In this document: positions 13,401-25,130 of the stretch, one piece after another
Numbering within the stretch: the first letter of the stretch is position 1
Layout: the number at the start of each line of letters is the position of its first letter
Origin: Heterodontus francisci
Lineage: Eukaryota
Length of the DNA stretch: 64,000 bases
Assembly: GCF_036365525.1 (NCBI RefSeq)
Contig: NC_090399.1
Span: 51,988,430 to 52,052,429 of the forward strand
Direction of reading: 5' to 3'
Translations under genes and position numbers: made by a program
The notes under the pieces: model-generated
Databases searched by the model: none
Seen by the model: the letters and a program-made list of their open reading frames with translations, nothing else
Told to the model about the DNA's origin: nothing

Positions 13401-16400
13401 TCAGAAACTGCATTCAGAAACACCGGGAAACTGCATTCAGAAACTGCATTCAGAAACACCGGGAAACAGCATTCAGAAACAGCATTCAGAAACTCCAGGA
13501 AACAGCGTTCAGAAACACCGGCAAACAGCTTTTAGAAACAGCATTCAGAAACACCGGGAAACAGCATTCAGAAACAGCATTCAGAAACGCCGGCAAACAG
13601 CATTCAGAAACGCCGGCAAACAGCATTCAGAAACGCCGGCAAACAGCATTCAGAAACGCCGGCAAACAGCATTCAGAAACGCCGGCAAACAGCATTCAGA
13701 AACACCGGCAAACAGCATTCAGAAACACCGGGAAACAGCATTCAGAAACACCGGGAAACAGCATTCAGAAACACCGGGAAACAGCATTCAGAAACAGCAT
13801 TCAGAAACACCGGCAAACAGCATTCAGAAACACCGGCAAACAGCATTCAGAAACTGCATTCAGAAACACCGGGAAACAGCATTCAGAAACAGCATTCAGA
13901 AACACCGGCAAACAGCATTCAGAAACACCGGCAAACAGCATTCAGAAACAGCATTCAGAAACACCGGGAAACAGCATTCAGAAACACCGGCAAACTGCAT
14001 TCAGAAACACCGGCAAACTGCATTCAGAAACACCGGCAAACTGCATTCAGAAACACCGGCAAACTGCATTCAGAAACACCGGCAAACTGCATTCAGAAAC
14101 ACCGGCAAACTGCATTCAGAAACACCGGCAAACTGCATTCAGAAACACCGGCAAACTGCATTCAGAAACACCGGCAAACTGCATTCAGAAACACCGGCAA
14201 ACTGCATTCAGAAACACCGGCAAACTGCATTCAGAAACACCGGCAAACTGCATTCAGAAACACCGGCAAACTGCATTCAGAAACACCGGCAAACTGCATT
14301 CAGAAACACCGGCAAACTGCATTCAGAAACAGTATTCAGTAACACCGAGAAACAACATTCTGAAACACCGAGAAACAACATTCTGAAACACCGGGAAACA
14401 GCATTCAGAAACACTGTGAAACAGCATTCAGAAACACTGTGAAACAGCATTCAGAAACACTGTGAAACAGCATTCAGAAACACTGTGAAACAGCATTCAG
14501 AAACACCGGGAAGCAGCATTCAGAAACTGCATTCAGAAACACCGGGAAACTGCATTCAGAAACACCGGGAAACTGCATTCAGAAACACCGGGAAACAGCA
14601 TTCAGAAACTGCATTCAGAAACACTGTGAAACAGCATTCAGAAACAGCATTCAGAAACGCCGGGAAACAGCATTCAGAAACAGCATTCAGAAACAGCATT
14701 CAGAAACAGCATTCAGAAAGAGCATTCAGAAACACCGGGAAGCAGCATTCAGAAACTGCATTCAGAAACACCGGGAAACTGCATTCAGAAACACCGGGAA
14801 ACTGCATTCAGAAACACCGGGAAACAGCATTCAGAAACTGCATTCAGAAACACCGGGAAACAGCATTCAGAAACTGCATTCAGAAACACTGTGAAACAGC
14901 ATTCAGAAACAGCATTCAGAAACGCCGGGAAACAGCATTCAGAAACTCCGGGAAACAGCATTCAGGTACAGCATTCAGAAACAGCATTCAGAAACACCGG
15001 GAAACAGCATTCAGAAATACTGTGAAACAGCATTCAGAAACAGTATTCAGTAACACCGGGAAACAGCATTCAGAAATACTGTGAAACAGCATTCAGAAAT
15101 ACTGTGAAACAGCATTCAGAAACACTGTGAAACAGCATTCAGAAACAGCATTCAGAAACTGTATTCAGAAACACCAGGAAACAGCATTCAGAAACAACAT
15201 TCAGAAACACCGGGAAACAGCATTCAGAAACACCCAGAAACAGCATTCAGAAACACCCAGAAACAGCATTCAGAAACAGCATTCAGGTACACCGGGAAAC
15301 AGCATTCAGAAACTCCGGGAAACAGCATTCAGAAACTCCGGGAAACAGCATTCAGGTACAGTATTCAGAAACACCGAGAAACAGCATTCAGAAACCGCAT
15401 TCAGAAACACCGAGAAACAGCATTCAGAAACCGCATTCAGAAACACCGGGAAACAGCATTCAGAAACACCGGGAAACAGCATTCAGAAATACTGTGAAAC
15501 AGCATTCAGAAACAGTATTCAGTAACACCGAGAAACAACATTCTGAAACACCGGGAAACAGCATTCAGAAATACTGTGAAACAGCATTCAGAAACACCGG
15601 GAAACAGCATTCAGAAACACCGAGAAACAGCATTCAGAAACGGTATTCAGAAACACCGAGAAACAACATTCAGAAACACCGGGAAACAGCATTCAGAAAT
15701 ATTGTGAAGCAGCAGTCAGAAACTCCGGGAAACAGCATTCAGAAATACTGTGAAACAGCATTCAGAAACAGTATTCAGTAACACCGAGAAACAACATTCT
15801 GAAACACCGGGAAACAGCATTCAGAAATACTGTGAAACAGCATTCAGAAACAGCATTCAGAAACACCGAGAAACAGCATTCAGAAACACCGAGAAACAAC
15901 ATTCAGAAACACCGGGAAACAGCATTCAGAAATACTGTGAAGCAGCAGTCAGAAACTCCGGGAAACAGCATTCAGAAATACTGTGAAACAGCATTCAGAA
16001 ACAACATTCAGAAACACCGGGAAACAGCATTCAGAAATACTGTGAAGCAGCAGTCAGAAACTCCGGGAAACAGCATTCAGAAATACTGTGAAACAGCATT
16101 CAGAAACAACATTCAGTAACACCGAGAAACAACATTCAGAAACTCCGGGAAACAGCATTCAGAAATACTGAGAAACAGCATTCAGAAACAGTATTCAGTA
16201 ACACCGAGAAACAACATTCTGAAACACCGGGAAACAGCATTCAGAAACACCGGGAAACAGCATTCAGAAACAGCATTCAGAAACACCGAGAAACAGCATT
16301 CGGAAATACTGTGAAGCAGCATTCAGAAACACCGGGAAACAGCATTCAGAAATACTGTGAAACAGCATTCAGAAACAGCATTCAGAAACTCCGGGAAACA

Positions 16401-16705
16401 ACATTCAGAAACACCGGGAAACAGCATTCAGAAATACTGTGAAACAGCATTGAGAAACAGCATTCAGAAACTCCGGGAAACAACATTCAGAAACAGTATT
16501 CAGAAACACCGGGAAACAGCATTCAGAAATACTGTGAAGCAGCATTCAGAAACTCCGGGAAGCAGCATTCAGAAACACCGGGAAACAGCATTCAGAAACA
16601 CCGGGAAACAGCATTCAGAAACAGCATTCAGAAACACCGGGAAACAGCATTCAGATACAGCATTCAGAAATACTGTGAAACAGCATTCAGAAACACGGAG
16701 AAACT
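7426..16705. repeat. ~9.3-kb complex satellite of 13-bp (GCATTCAGAAACA) and 10-bp (CCGG[G/C]AAACA, CTGTGAAACA) monomers; dominant period 23 bp
   Basis: Directly visible; hundreds of monomers; explains the 1429-, 875- and 828-aa ORFs. Confidence 0.98.
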
Positions 16706-17095
16706 CTGAGGGTTGTCGGGCTGGTGCAGATTTCAGTGATAGGGAGGGGCAAGGCCATGGAGGTATTTGAAAACAAGGATAAAAATGTTTAAAATTGAGG
16801 CTTTGCCTGACTGGGAGCCAGTGTAGGTCACAGGGGTGATAAGCAAGCCAGACTTGGTTCAAGCTAAGACGTAGGCAGCAGAGTTTTCGATTAGCTTAAA
16901 TTTATGGAGGGAGGAATGTGGGAGGCCTGCCAGGGGTGCATTTCAATAACCAAGTCTTAAGGTAACAAAGGCATGAATGAGGGTTTCAGTGCAGATAGGC
17001 CAAGGCAGGGATGGAGTCGAGCAATGTTAGAGGTGGAAATAAGCAGTCTTAGCGATGGTGTTAATATGTGGTCTGAGACTTATCTCGGGGTCAAA
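16706..17095 (-). mobile_element. L2-clade LINE fragment
   Basis: Minus ORF ...DLHWLPVRQSLNFK; homologous to 18270-19100. Confidence 0.75.
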
Positions 17096-17365
17096 TGCAA
17101 CATTCAGCAACAGTGAAAAATGACATTCCGAAACACGAGGCACGACTCACCTCTTCCAGGCTTGTGAATTGCAGTCTGGTTTATGAAAGATAGCAGTCAG
17201 TCGGGTAGATCTTGAGTTAGAGGATCTCATAATCCAACCCTATTAGTCATGACATTACAACAAGGTGGCTGTTTTGCCCATTGTATATTGTGGCACTGCT
17301 GAAAAAGATGTTTTGATATCTAATTACATATAAATCCTATAAATTATACATATTATACAATGGAA

Positions 17366-17755
17366 AGGCGGTGACGTAGTGGTAATATCGCTGGACAAGT
17401 AAGCCAGAGCCCAGGATGTTGTGCTGGGGTCATGGGTTCAAATCCTGCAAGGCAGATTGAATTCAATTAATAAAATTTGGAATTAACAAGCTAGTCTAAT
17501 GGTGACCATGAAACCATTGTCGATTATTATGAAACCCCATCTGGTTCACTACTGTCCTTTAGGGAAGGAAATCTACTGTCCTTACCTGATCTGGCTACAT
17601 GTGACTCCAGACCCACAGCAATGTGGTTGACTCTTAAATCTCCTCTGAAATGGCCTAGCAAACCACTCAGTTCAAGGATAATTAGGGATGGGCAACAAAT
17701 GCTGGTCCAGTCAGTGACGTACACATCCCACAAAAAAACGAATTTAAAAAAAGGA
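17366..17755 (+). mobile_element. tRNA-derived SINE with a CR1-like tail
   Basis: A-box TGACGTAGTGG, B-box GGTTCAAATCC; tail matches the reverse complement of 1745-1815; ends in A-rich tract. Confidence 0.8.
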
Positions 17756-17845
17756 TAAGCCCAAGTTACTGATTGTCTGAATGGGCAGACAACAAGACAA
17801 GAAATGAATGTGCCCAGTTTTTGATTACTCTTTTTTTCAATTTAG

Positions 17846-18165
17846 GTGGGAGGCAGAGAACATTTTGCCGCACCGCATCCTGTCATCACATTGTGTTTTC
17901 TCATCGTCGTACCGTACCCTCTTGTCGCTTGGTATAAAGCAGCAGTGAATTGCAACTCATTTCTGAAGTCACGGGACATTGATTTTATTCTCGGTTTGAT
18001 ACAATTACGTCTTCATAATGCGTGATCATTTTTTTAAATCATCTTTTTCAAAGATAAACTAATTTGTTAGTAACATCTCCTGTTCTTGTGCCAGATGAAC
18101 AATGTCAGCTCATTAAGATGTTTGTGGTGTCAGAGATTTCATTAAAAGTTGTACAAATCTCCAGA
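17846..18165 (+). other. Probable terminal 3'-UTR exon of the MHC class II alpha gene
   Basis: Acceptor ctctttttttcaatttag| at 17845; non-repetitive sequence; ATTAAA at 18141 followed by a T/GT-rich element at ~18170-18185. Class II alpha genes typically have a separate 3'-UTR exon, and the donor at 5459 needs a partner. Confidence 0.6.
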
Positions 18166-18269
18166 CTAATAGTTTTTTGATGTATTGCACTTTCACCATC
18201 ATGTCCCAATAGTCAATTCCCGATAATGTTCCGTACAGTTCTGTTTAATTTCCTCGGCAACAACAGAGC

Positions 18270-19100
18270 AGATGACCAAATTTTTGGTCAAACAGGTAGG
18301 TTTTAAGGAGTGCCTTGAAGTAGGATTGAGAGGTGTAGGGAAGGGATTCCAGAGTTTAGGGTTTTGGCAACTGAAGGCACAGCCACCAATGATGGAGTGA
18401 TTAAAATTAGGGATGCTCAAGAGGCCAGAATTAGATGAGCACAGCTATCTTGAAGGGTTGTGGGGCTGGAGGAGATTACTGAGATAGGGAGGGGCAAGGC
18501 TATGGAGGGATTTGAAAACAGGGATGAGAGTTTTTAATCTTCAGACGTTACTTGACCAGGAGATAATGTACATCAGTGAGCACAGGCGTGGTAGATGACC
18601 AGAACTTGATGCAAGTTAGAGCAAAGGGCAGAGTTTTGGGTGAGTTTGGTGAGTTTCAGTTTATGGAGGGTGGAATGTGGGAGGCCAGCCAGGAGTGTGT
18701 TGATCAAGTCTGGGGGTAACAAAGGCAAATATGAGGGTTTCGGCAGCAGATGTACTGAGGCAGGGGCAGAGTTGGGTGATGATATGGAGGTGGAAACAGC
18801 TATCTTCATGATGGTGTAGGTATATGGTCAGAAACTCATCTTGGGGTTCAATATGACCCAAGGTTGTGAACAGACTGGTTTAGTCTCAGATAGTTACCAA
18901 GGGGAAGGATGGAGTAGATAGCTGGGCAATGAGGTTTGGAATGGGGAATGAATAAATGGCTTCAATCTTCCCAGTATTTAATTAGAGATAGTTTCTGCTC
19001 ATCCGCTAACAGATGTTGGATAAGCAGTCTGATAATCTATGGGCAATGAAGAGGTCAAGAAAGTTGATGGTGAGGTAGAGCGGGTGTCGTCAGAAAGAAG
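18270..19100 (-). mobile_element. L2-clade LINE 3' fragment
   Basis: AETLIFAFVTPRLD...LAGLP, GGCAFSCQNPKLWN motifs. Confidence 0.8.
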
Positions 19101-19419
19101 GCAAAGCCCTGCTGGATAATAATGGAGGTCCCTATCGCACAAGCCTCAATGTTAACTCTGAGCAGCAATCCAGCTGGAGGGGCTCGAGGTGAGCAGCAAG
19201 TCCCCCTAACCTCAGCAGCATGAAGCCCGGGAAGCTTTAACACCCAGACCTCCTTTGCATCTCCACTGAACCTGGTAGCAGATGGAATTAAGTATGGCAA
19301 AAAACCTCCAGCCAGAGCCATAGATCTTCAGCAGTTGGGTAAGTTCCGGGGAGCAGGTTTTGGAAGGGTCATGTGATCAGTCTCTCCTGATTCCCCGATG
19401 CTTTACTGCGTAGAGGTCC

Positions 19420-20275
19420 AGATCCCCAATCTGTGCTGATTCCTGATGGTTTACTGGGTAAAGGCCCCGATCCCCAGTCTGTGCTGATTCCTGATGGTTT
19501 ACTGGGTAAAGGTCCCGATCCCCAGTCTGTGCTGATTCCTGATGGTTTATTGGGTAAAGGTCCCGATCCCCAGTCTGTGCTGATTCCTGATGGTTTATTG
19601 GGTAAAGGTCCCGATCCCCAGTCTGTGCTGATTCCTGATGGTTTATTGGGTAAAGGTCCCGATCCCCAGTCTGTGCTGATTCCTGATGGTTTACTGGGTA
19701 AAGGTCCCGATCCCCAGTCTGTGCTGATTCCTGATGGTTTATTGGGTAAAGGTCCCGATCCCCAGTCTGTGCTGATTCCTGATGGTTTATTGGGTAAAGG
19801 TCCCGATCCCCAGTCTGTGCTGATTCCTGATGGTTTACTGGGTAAAGGTCCCGATCCCCAGTCTGTGCTGATTCTTGATGGTTTACTGGGTAAAGTTCCC
19901 GATCCCCAGTCTGTGCTGATCCCTGATGGTTTACCGGGTAAAGTTCCCGATCCCCAGTCTGTGCTGATCCCTGATGGTTTACCGGGTAAAGGCCCCGATC
20001 CCCAGTCTGTGCTGATCCCTGATGGTTTACCGGGTAAAGGCCCCGATCCCCAGAGTGTGCTGATTCCTGATGGTTTACCGGGTAAAGGCCCCGATCCCCA
20101 GTCTGTGCTGATCCCTGATGGTTTACCGGGTAAAGGTCCCGATCCCCAGTCTGTGCTGATCCCTGATGGTTTACCGGGTAAAGGTCCCGATCCCCAGTCT
20201 GTGCTGATCCCTGATGGTTTACCGGGTAAATGTCACGATCCCCAGTCCGTGCTGATCCCTGATGGTTTACTGGGC
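19420..20275. repeat. 48-bp minisatellite, ~18 copies
   Basis: Unit GATCCCCAGTCTGTGCTGAT[T/C]CCTGATGGTTTA[C/T][T/C]GGGTAAAGGTCCC; produces the 16-aa repeat ORFs on both strands. Confidence 0.97.
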
Positions 20276-20309
20276 GGAATAAAGAATGAAAGGGAGGCAG
20301 GCCTCCATG

Positions 20310-20470
20310 TATCCCAAAGTTCTTTACACCAATCAAGTACTTTTGGCAGCCAATTTGCACGCAGTAAACTCTCACAAACAGCAATGTCATCAGATAATTT
20401 GCTCTTGTGATGTTGATTGAAAGCTTAATATTGGCCTGGGCCATAGGGATAACTCCCGTTCTCTTCTTCA
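20310..20470 (-). mobile_element. DeuSINE-like (SacSINE1/AmnSINE-type) fragment
   Basis: Reverse complement reads GAAGAG...GGAGTTATCC...GGCCAATAT...CATTGCTGTTTGTGAGAG...GTGCAAATTGGCTGCC, resembling the Deu domain as I recall it. Confidence 0.55.
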
Positions 20471-21556
20471 GTTTTGTATCATGGGCTGTTTTATTTCCAC
20501 TTGAGTGGGACTCTCCCGCTCCATAACCTTCATACAGCACACTGTTTCTCCAGATTGTCCCCACAGTATTTCATTACCTCTCTTCCTGTGTATGATCACT
20601 CTCTATTGGGTTATTTTAATCTGAACAGGTTAGGATGTATGCTACACATCTGTAAATGAAGCACTTTAGTTTTCTTGGACCCATCACAGTTCTGATGCCT
20701 ATAAACATCTCACCACTTGCAAAATTGCAAAGAATCCTGCAGAATCACAAGTTAAAATTCCTTACAATGATTTTATAAATGCACAGCAGGTGCTCACTCC
20801 TTGTTTACATATCCTGCTGAAAAAAAACCTTATTTATGCACTCAATCTTTAAATAAAACCGTTCCAGCCGTGAAACAAACAGACCTCAATGTATCCGTAA
20901 GCTCACATGCACTGCTGTGTGTATTGAGGTGGTGGTGAAGTGTGAAGTGGTCTAGCAAGCCACTTCTTCAAAGATTAAAAAGTATTAAACTGAAGAGACC
21001 AGTCGGCTGCAACCTAGGCATCAGATCAGGACATGACAAAAGCTCAACCATCCCAGTCGGCACTTCAAGGTCCTCCTTTGGGGATTGATCTCTGGGGACA
21101 GGTGCAAACATTAAGAGAGCTGATGTGCAACCTGAAATAGTTATTCTCACAGAATCATATCGACCTGCTAACATTCCAGACTCCTCTATCACTAAACCTG
21201 GGCAGTTCCTGACCCATTAAAGAGGCAGCACCGTAGTATATAGTTGAGTGGGAGTGGCCGCTGGATTACTTATCAATGACTCTGGACCTCATGACGTTCA
21301 GGCAAACATGGGCAAGGAAACCTACTGATTAGCACCTACCGCCTTCCTCAGCTGATAAATCAGTAGTCCTCCATGTTGAACAGCACTTGGAACATGCACT
21401 GAGGGTGGCAAGCGACAGACTGTAATCAGTCAATTCAATTCACTCCACATGATATCAAGAAACAGCTGAGTGCACTGGACACAGCAAAGAGTACGGAGCC
21501 TGACAACATCCTGGTTGTAGTGATGAAATCCTGTGCTCTAGAACTAGCTGCACTTC

Positions 21557-23908
21557 CAGATTGAGTGAATGGACAAAACTGTGGAAAAAGGATTACAATG
21601 TAAGTGTGAAGCTATCCATTGCAAAACAAAAGAGGATAGATCCAAGTATTATTTAAATGGTGAAAAGCTAGGAACAGTAGAGGTCCCAACAGATTTCTGC
21701 GTCCATGTGCATAGATCATTAAAGTGTAGTAGTCAGGTGCAAAAAGTAATCAGAAACGCGAATTGAACTAGAGGACCAGAATGTAAAGGGGAGGAGGTTT
21801 TTCTACAGCTATACAAAGCCCTGGTTAGGCCACATCTGCACTACTGTGTACATTTCTGGGCACCACACCTTTAGAAAGGATATATTGGCCTTGGAAAGAG
21901 CACAGCATAGATTCAGCAAAATGGCACCAGGACTCCAACGGTTAGAGTATGAGGAACGATTAAATAAATTAGCCTTTTATTCCATGGAATATAGAAGGTT
22001 AAGAGGCAATTTAATTGAGATTTTTACGATTTTGAAAGGATTTGATAGGGTCGATAGAGAGAATTGTTCTCCACTGGTGAGGCAGTCTAGAACAAGGAGA
22101 CATAACCCTCAAATCAGAGCCAGGCCATTCAGAAGAGAAATTAGGAAACACCTCTTCACACAAAGGCATAAGGAGGGAGGAAGTGTTGGGTATTCTAAAA
22201 GGCATTACGGTGGACAAGTCCCCAGGTCCGGATGGGATCTATCCCAGGTTACTGAGGGAAGCGAGAGAGGAAATCGCTGGGGCCTTAACAGATATCTTTG
22301 CAACATCCTTAAACATGGGTGAGGTCCCGGAGGACTGGAGAATTGCTAATGTTGTCCCCTTGTTTAAGAAGGGTAGCAGGGATAATCCAGGTAGTTATAG
22401 ACCGGTGAGCCTGACGTCAGTGGTAGGGAAGCTGCTGGAGAAGATACTGAGGGATAGGATCTATTCCCATTTGGAAGAAAATGGGCTTATCAGTGATAGG
22501 CAACATGGTTTTGTGCAGGGAAGGTCATGTCTTACCAACTTAATAGAATTCTTTGAGGAAGTGACAAAGTTGATTGATGAGGGAAGGGCTGTAGATGTCA
22601 TATACATGGACTTCAGTAAGGCGTTTGATAAGGTTCCCCATGGTAGGCTGATGGAGAAAGTGAAGGCGCATGGGGTCCAAGGTGTACTAGCTAGATGGAT
22701 AAAGAACGGGCTGGGCAACAGGAGACAGAGAGTAGCAGTAGAAGGGAGTTTCTCAAAATGGAGACGTGTGACCAGTGGTGTTCCACAGGGATCCGTGCTG
22801 GGACCACTGTTGTTTGTGATATACATAAATGATTTGGAGGAAAGTATAGGTGGTCTGATTAGCAAATTTTCAGACGACACTAAGATTGGTGGAGTCGCAG
22901 ATAGTGAAGGGGGCTGTCAGAGAATACAGCAGAATATAGATAGATTGGAGAGTTGGGCAGAGAAATGGCAGATGGAGTTCAATCAGGGCAAATGCGAGGT
23001 GATGCATTTTGGAAGATCCAATTCAAGAGTGAACTATACAGTAAATGGAAAAGTCCTGGGGAAAATTGATATACAGAGAGATTTGGGTGTTCAGGTCCAT
23101 TGTTCCCTGAAGGTGGCAACGCAGGTCAATAGAGTGGTCAAGAAGGCATATGGCATGCTTTCCTTCATCGGACGGGGTATTGAGTATAAGAGTTGGCAGG
23201 TCATGTTACAGTTGTATAGGACTTTGGTTCGGCCACATTTGGAATACTGCGTGCAGTTGTGGTCGCCACATTACCAAAAGAATGTGGATGCTTTGGAGAG
23301 GGTGCAGAGGAGGTTCACCAGGATGTTGCCTGGTATGGAGGGTGCTAGCTATGAAGAGAGGTTGAGTAGATTAGGATTATTTTCATTAGAAAGACGGAGG
23401 TTGAGGGGGGACCTGATTGAGGTGTACAAAATTATGAGAGGTTGGATAGCAAGAAGCTTTTTCCCAGAGTGGATGATTCAATTACTAGGGGTCACGAGTT
23501 CAAAGTGAGAGGGGAAAAGTTTAGGGGGGACATGCGTGGAAAGTTCTTTACGCAGAGGGTGGTGGGTGCCTGGAACGCGTTGCCAGCGGAGGTGGTAGAC
23601 GCAGGCACGATAGCGTCTTTTAAGATGTATCTAGACAGATACATGAATGGGCAGGAAGTAAAGAGATACAGGCCCTTAGAAAATAGACGACATGTTTAGA
23701 TAGAGGAGCTGGATCGGCGCAGGCTTGGAGGGCCGAAGAGCCTGTTCCTGTGCTGTATTTTTCTTTGTTCTTTGTTTTTTTTGTTTGTTCAAAGGATGGC
23801 AGAAGTGTGGAGCTCTCTCTCACAAAAAAGCAGTATATGCTAGCTCAATTAATAAGTTTAAATCTGAAATGGATAGATTTTTGCTAGACAAGCATATAAT
23901 GGGATATG
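21557..23908 (+). mobile_element. Old CR1 3' portion (21557-22166, resuming 23790-23908 and 24628-24710), host to nested insertions
   Basis: RKDILALERAQHRF and RRLRGNLIEIF; continues after the insertion. Confidence 0.8.
22167..23789 (+). mobile_element. Young 5'-truncated CR1 with an open 441-aa RT region
   Basis: ORF 22183-23508 with KSPGPDG, YRPVSLTS, YMDFSKAFD, GVPQGSVLGP, KFSDD; TTCTTTG tail; CAAAGG at 22161-22166 and 23790-23795 is a likely TSD. Confidence 0.93.
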
Positions 23909-24627
23909 GGCCGGAATTTTAAAGTGGGCGGTCGGGAGCTGGACTCCCTCGTAAATGTCGATGCCGAACCTGATTCTGCCCAGCCTGGGCATCCATCCTG
24001 TATTTTATGGATCACCAGGCTTTAATTGGCCCGAGGCAGAACTTCCGCCCACTTGAGGGAGGAGGTCCCGCCTCAGTCAGCGGGCCAGCAGCTCTTGGTC
24101 TCAGCAGCGCCACCGAGAGTGGACTGCAGCCCAGCCGATACCATGGACCCGAGAGAGTGGGTAAGTTTAAGTTGCGTCACCAGGGGGATGGTGAGTCGTT
24201 TGGGGGGGGGTGGCGTCTTGGATCCTGGGAGTGGTTTGGGAGGCGGGGGCGGCCCTCAATTGGGCACCCTGTGCCCGACTGCCAAGTCCCCGCCCCACCC
24301 CCTGGGGCGCAGAAAGGCCGGCAGCTTTCGCTGGTCAGCCTTTCACACCCCCGGCACACCTGCTTGCCACGGGTAAAATACCCGTGGAGTCGGGCAAGGG
24401 CCCTTAAGTGGCCGTTAAGTGGCCACTTTGGGATATTGATTGGCCTCGGGCTGGCGAGCCGTTTCCCACCCCCGGCAACCAGCATCCCCCCCAACCCCCC
24501 CGCCGGACCTCTGTAAACTTGTTCAGAAGCAGAATCAAGGCGGGTAGGCCTCCCGGAGCCTGCCGTTCAATTTTATGCCGCCTCCACACCACCATCCGAC
24601 CCGCTGGGGCGGCTTAAAATTCCGGCC
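23909..24627. mobile_element. Non-autonomous DNA transposon/MITE (PIF/Harbinger-like)
   Basis: 14-bp TIRs GGCCGGAATTTTAA...TTAAAATTCCGGCC; 3-bp flanking duplication ATG (23906-23908 and 24628-24630); GC/CpG-rich interior. Confidence 0.75.
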
Positions 24628-24711
24628 ATGGAGTCAGGGCAAGTGGATGGAGTTAAGATACAGATTAGTTATGATTGCATTGAATGGTGAAACAATCTCA
24701 AGGGGTTGAAT

Positions 24712-25130
24712 GAGCAGGCTGGGCCTATACCCATTGGAGTTTAGAAGAATGAGAGGTGATCATATTGAAACATAAAAGATTCTGACCGGGCTTGACAGGG
24801 TAGATGCTGAGAGGATGTTTCCCCTTGTCGGGAATCTAGAACTGGGGGCCACAGTTTCAAAATAAGGTGTTTCCCATTTAAGACGGAAATGAGGAGGAAT
24901 TTCTTCTCAGAGGGTGGTTAATCTTTCAACTTCTCTTCCCCAGTGGAGGCTGGGTAATTGAATATTTCAAGGCTGTTAGGTTTTTGATCTACAAAGGCAT
25001 AAAGGGTTATGGGGGGGGGGCAGGCAGAGAAGTTGAGGTGACAATCAGATCAGCAATGATCTTATTGAATGGTAGAACAAGCTTGAGGGGCTAAATGGCC
25101 TACTCCTGTTCTGATCTCTTATGTTCTTAT
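24712..25130 (+). mobile_element. CR1 3' fragment
   Basis: GAGTTTAGAAGAATGAGAGGTGAT motif and CR1 tail ending TTATGTTCTTATG. Confidence 0.8.

Noticed and set aside
7426-16705. Resemblance of GCATTCAGAAAC to primate alpha-satellite (GCATTCTCAGAAAC), or to STAT/HSE/ISRE arrays
   Set aside because: The match is short, with no 171-bp period or CENP-B box seen. TTC-GAA and GAAA spacings do not fit GAS, HSE or ISRE consensus.
7401-16770. 1429-, 875- and 828-aa repetitive ORFs as a real protein gene
   Set aside because: The main monomers lack stop codons on +, so overlapping frames are open and cycle through the same peptide. The longest ORF starts at TTG, and the array is apparently intronic.
5840-20275. 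Tandem arrays as CRISPR arrays
   Set aside because: No unique spacers, no cas genes, vertebrate context.
19377-20564. 395-aa and 325-aa repeat ORFs as collagen-like or antigen genes
   Set aside because: A 48-bp unit divisible by 3 gives open frames by chance; the flanks are SINE/LINE remnants and there is no splice or promoter support.
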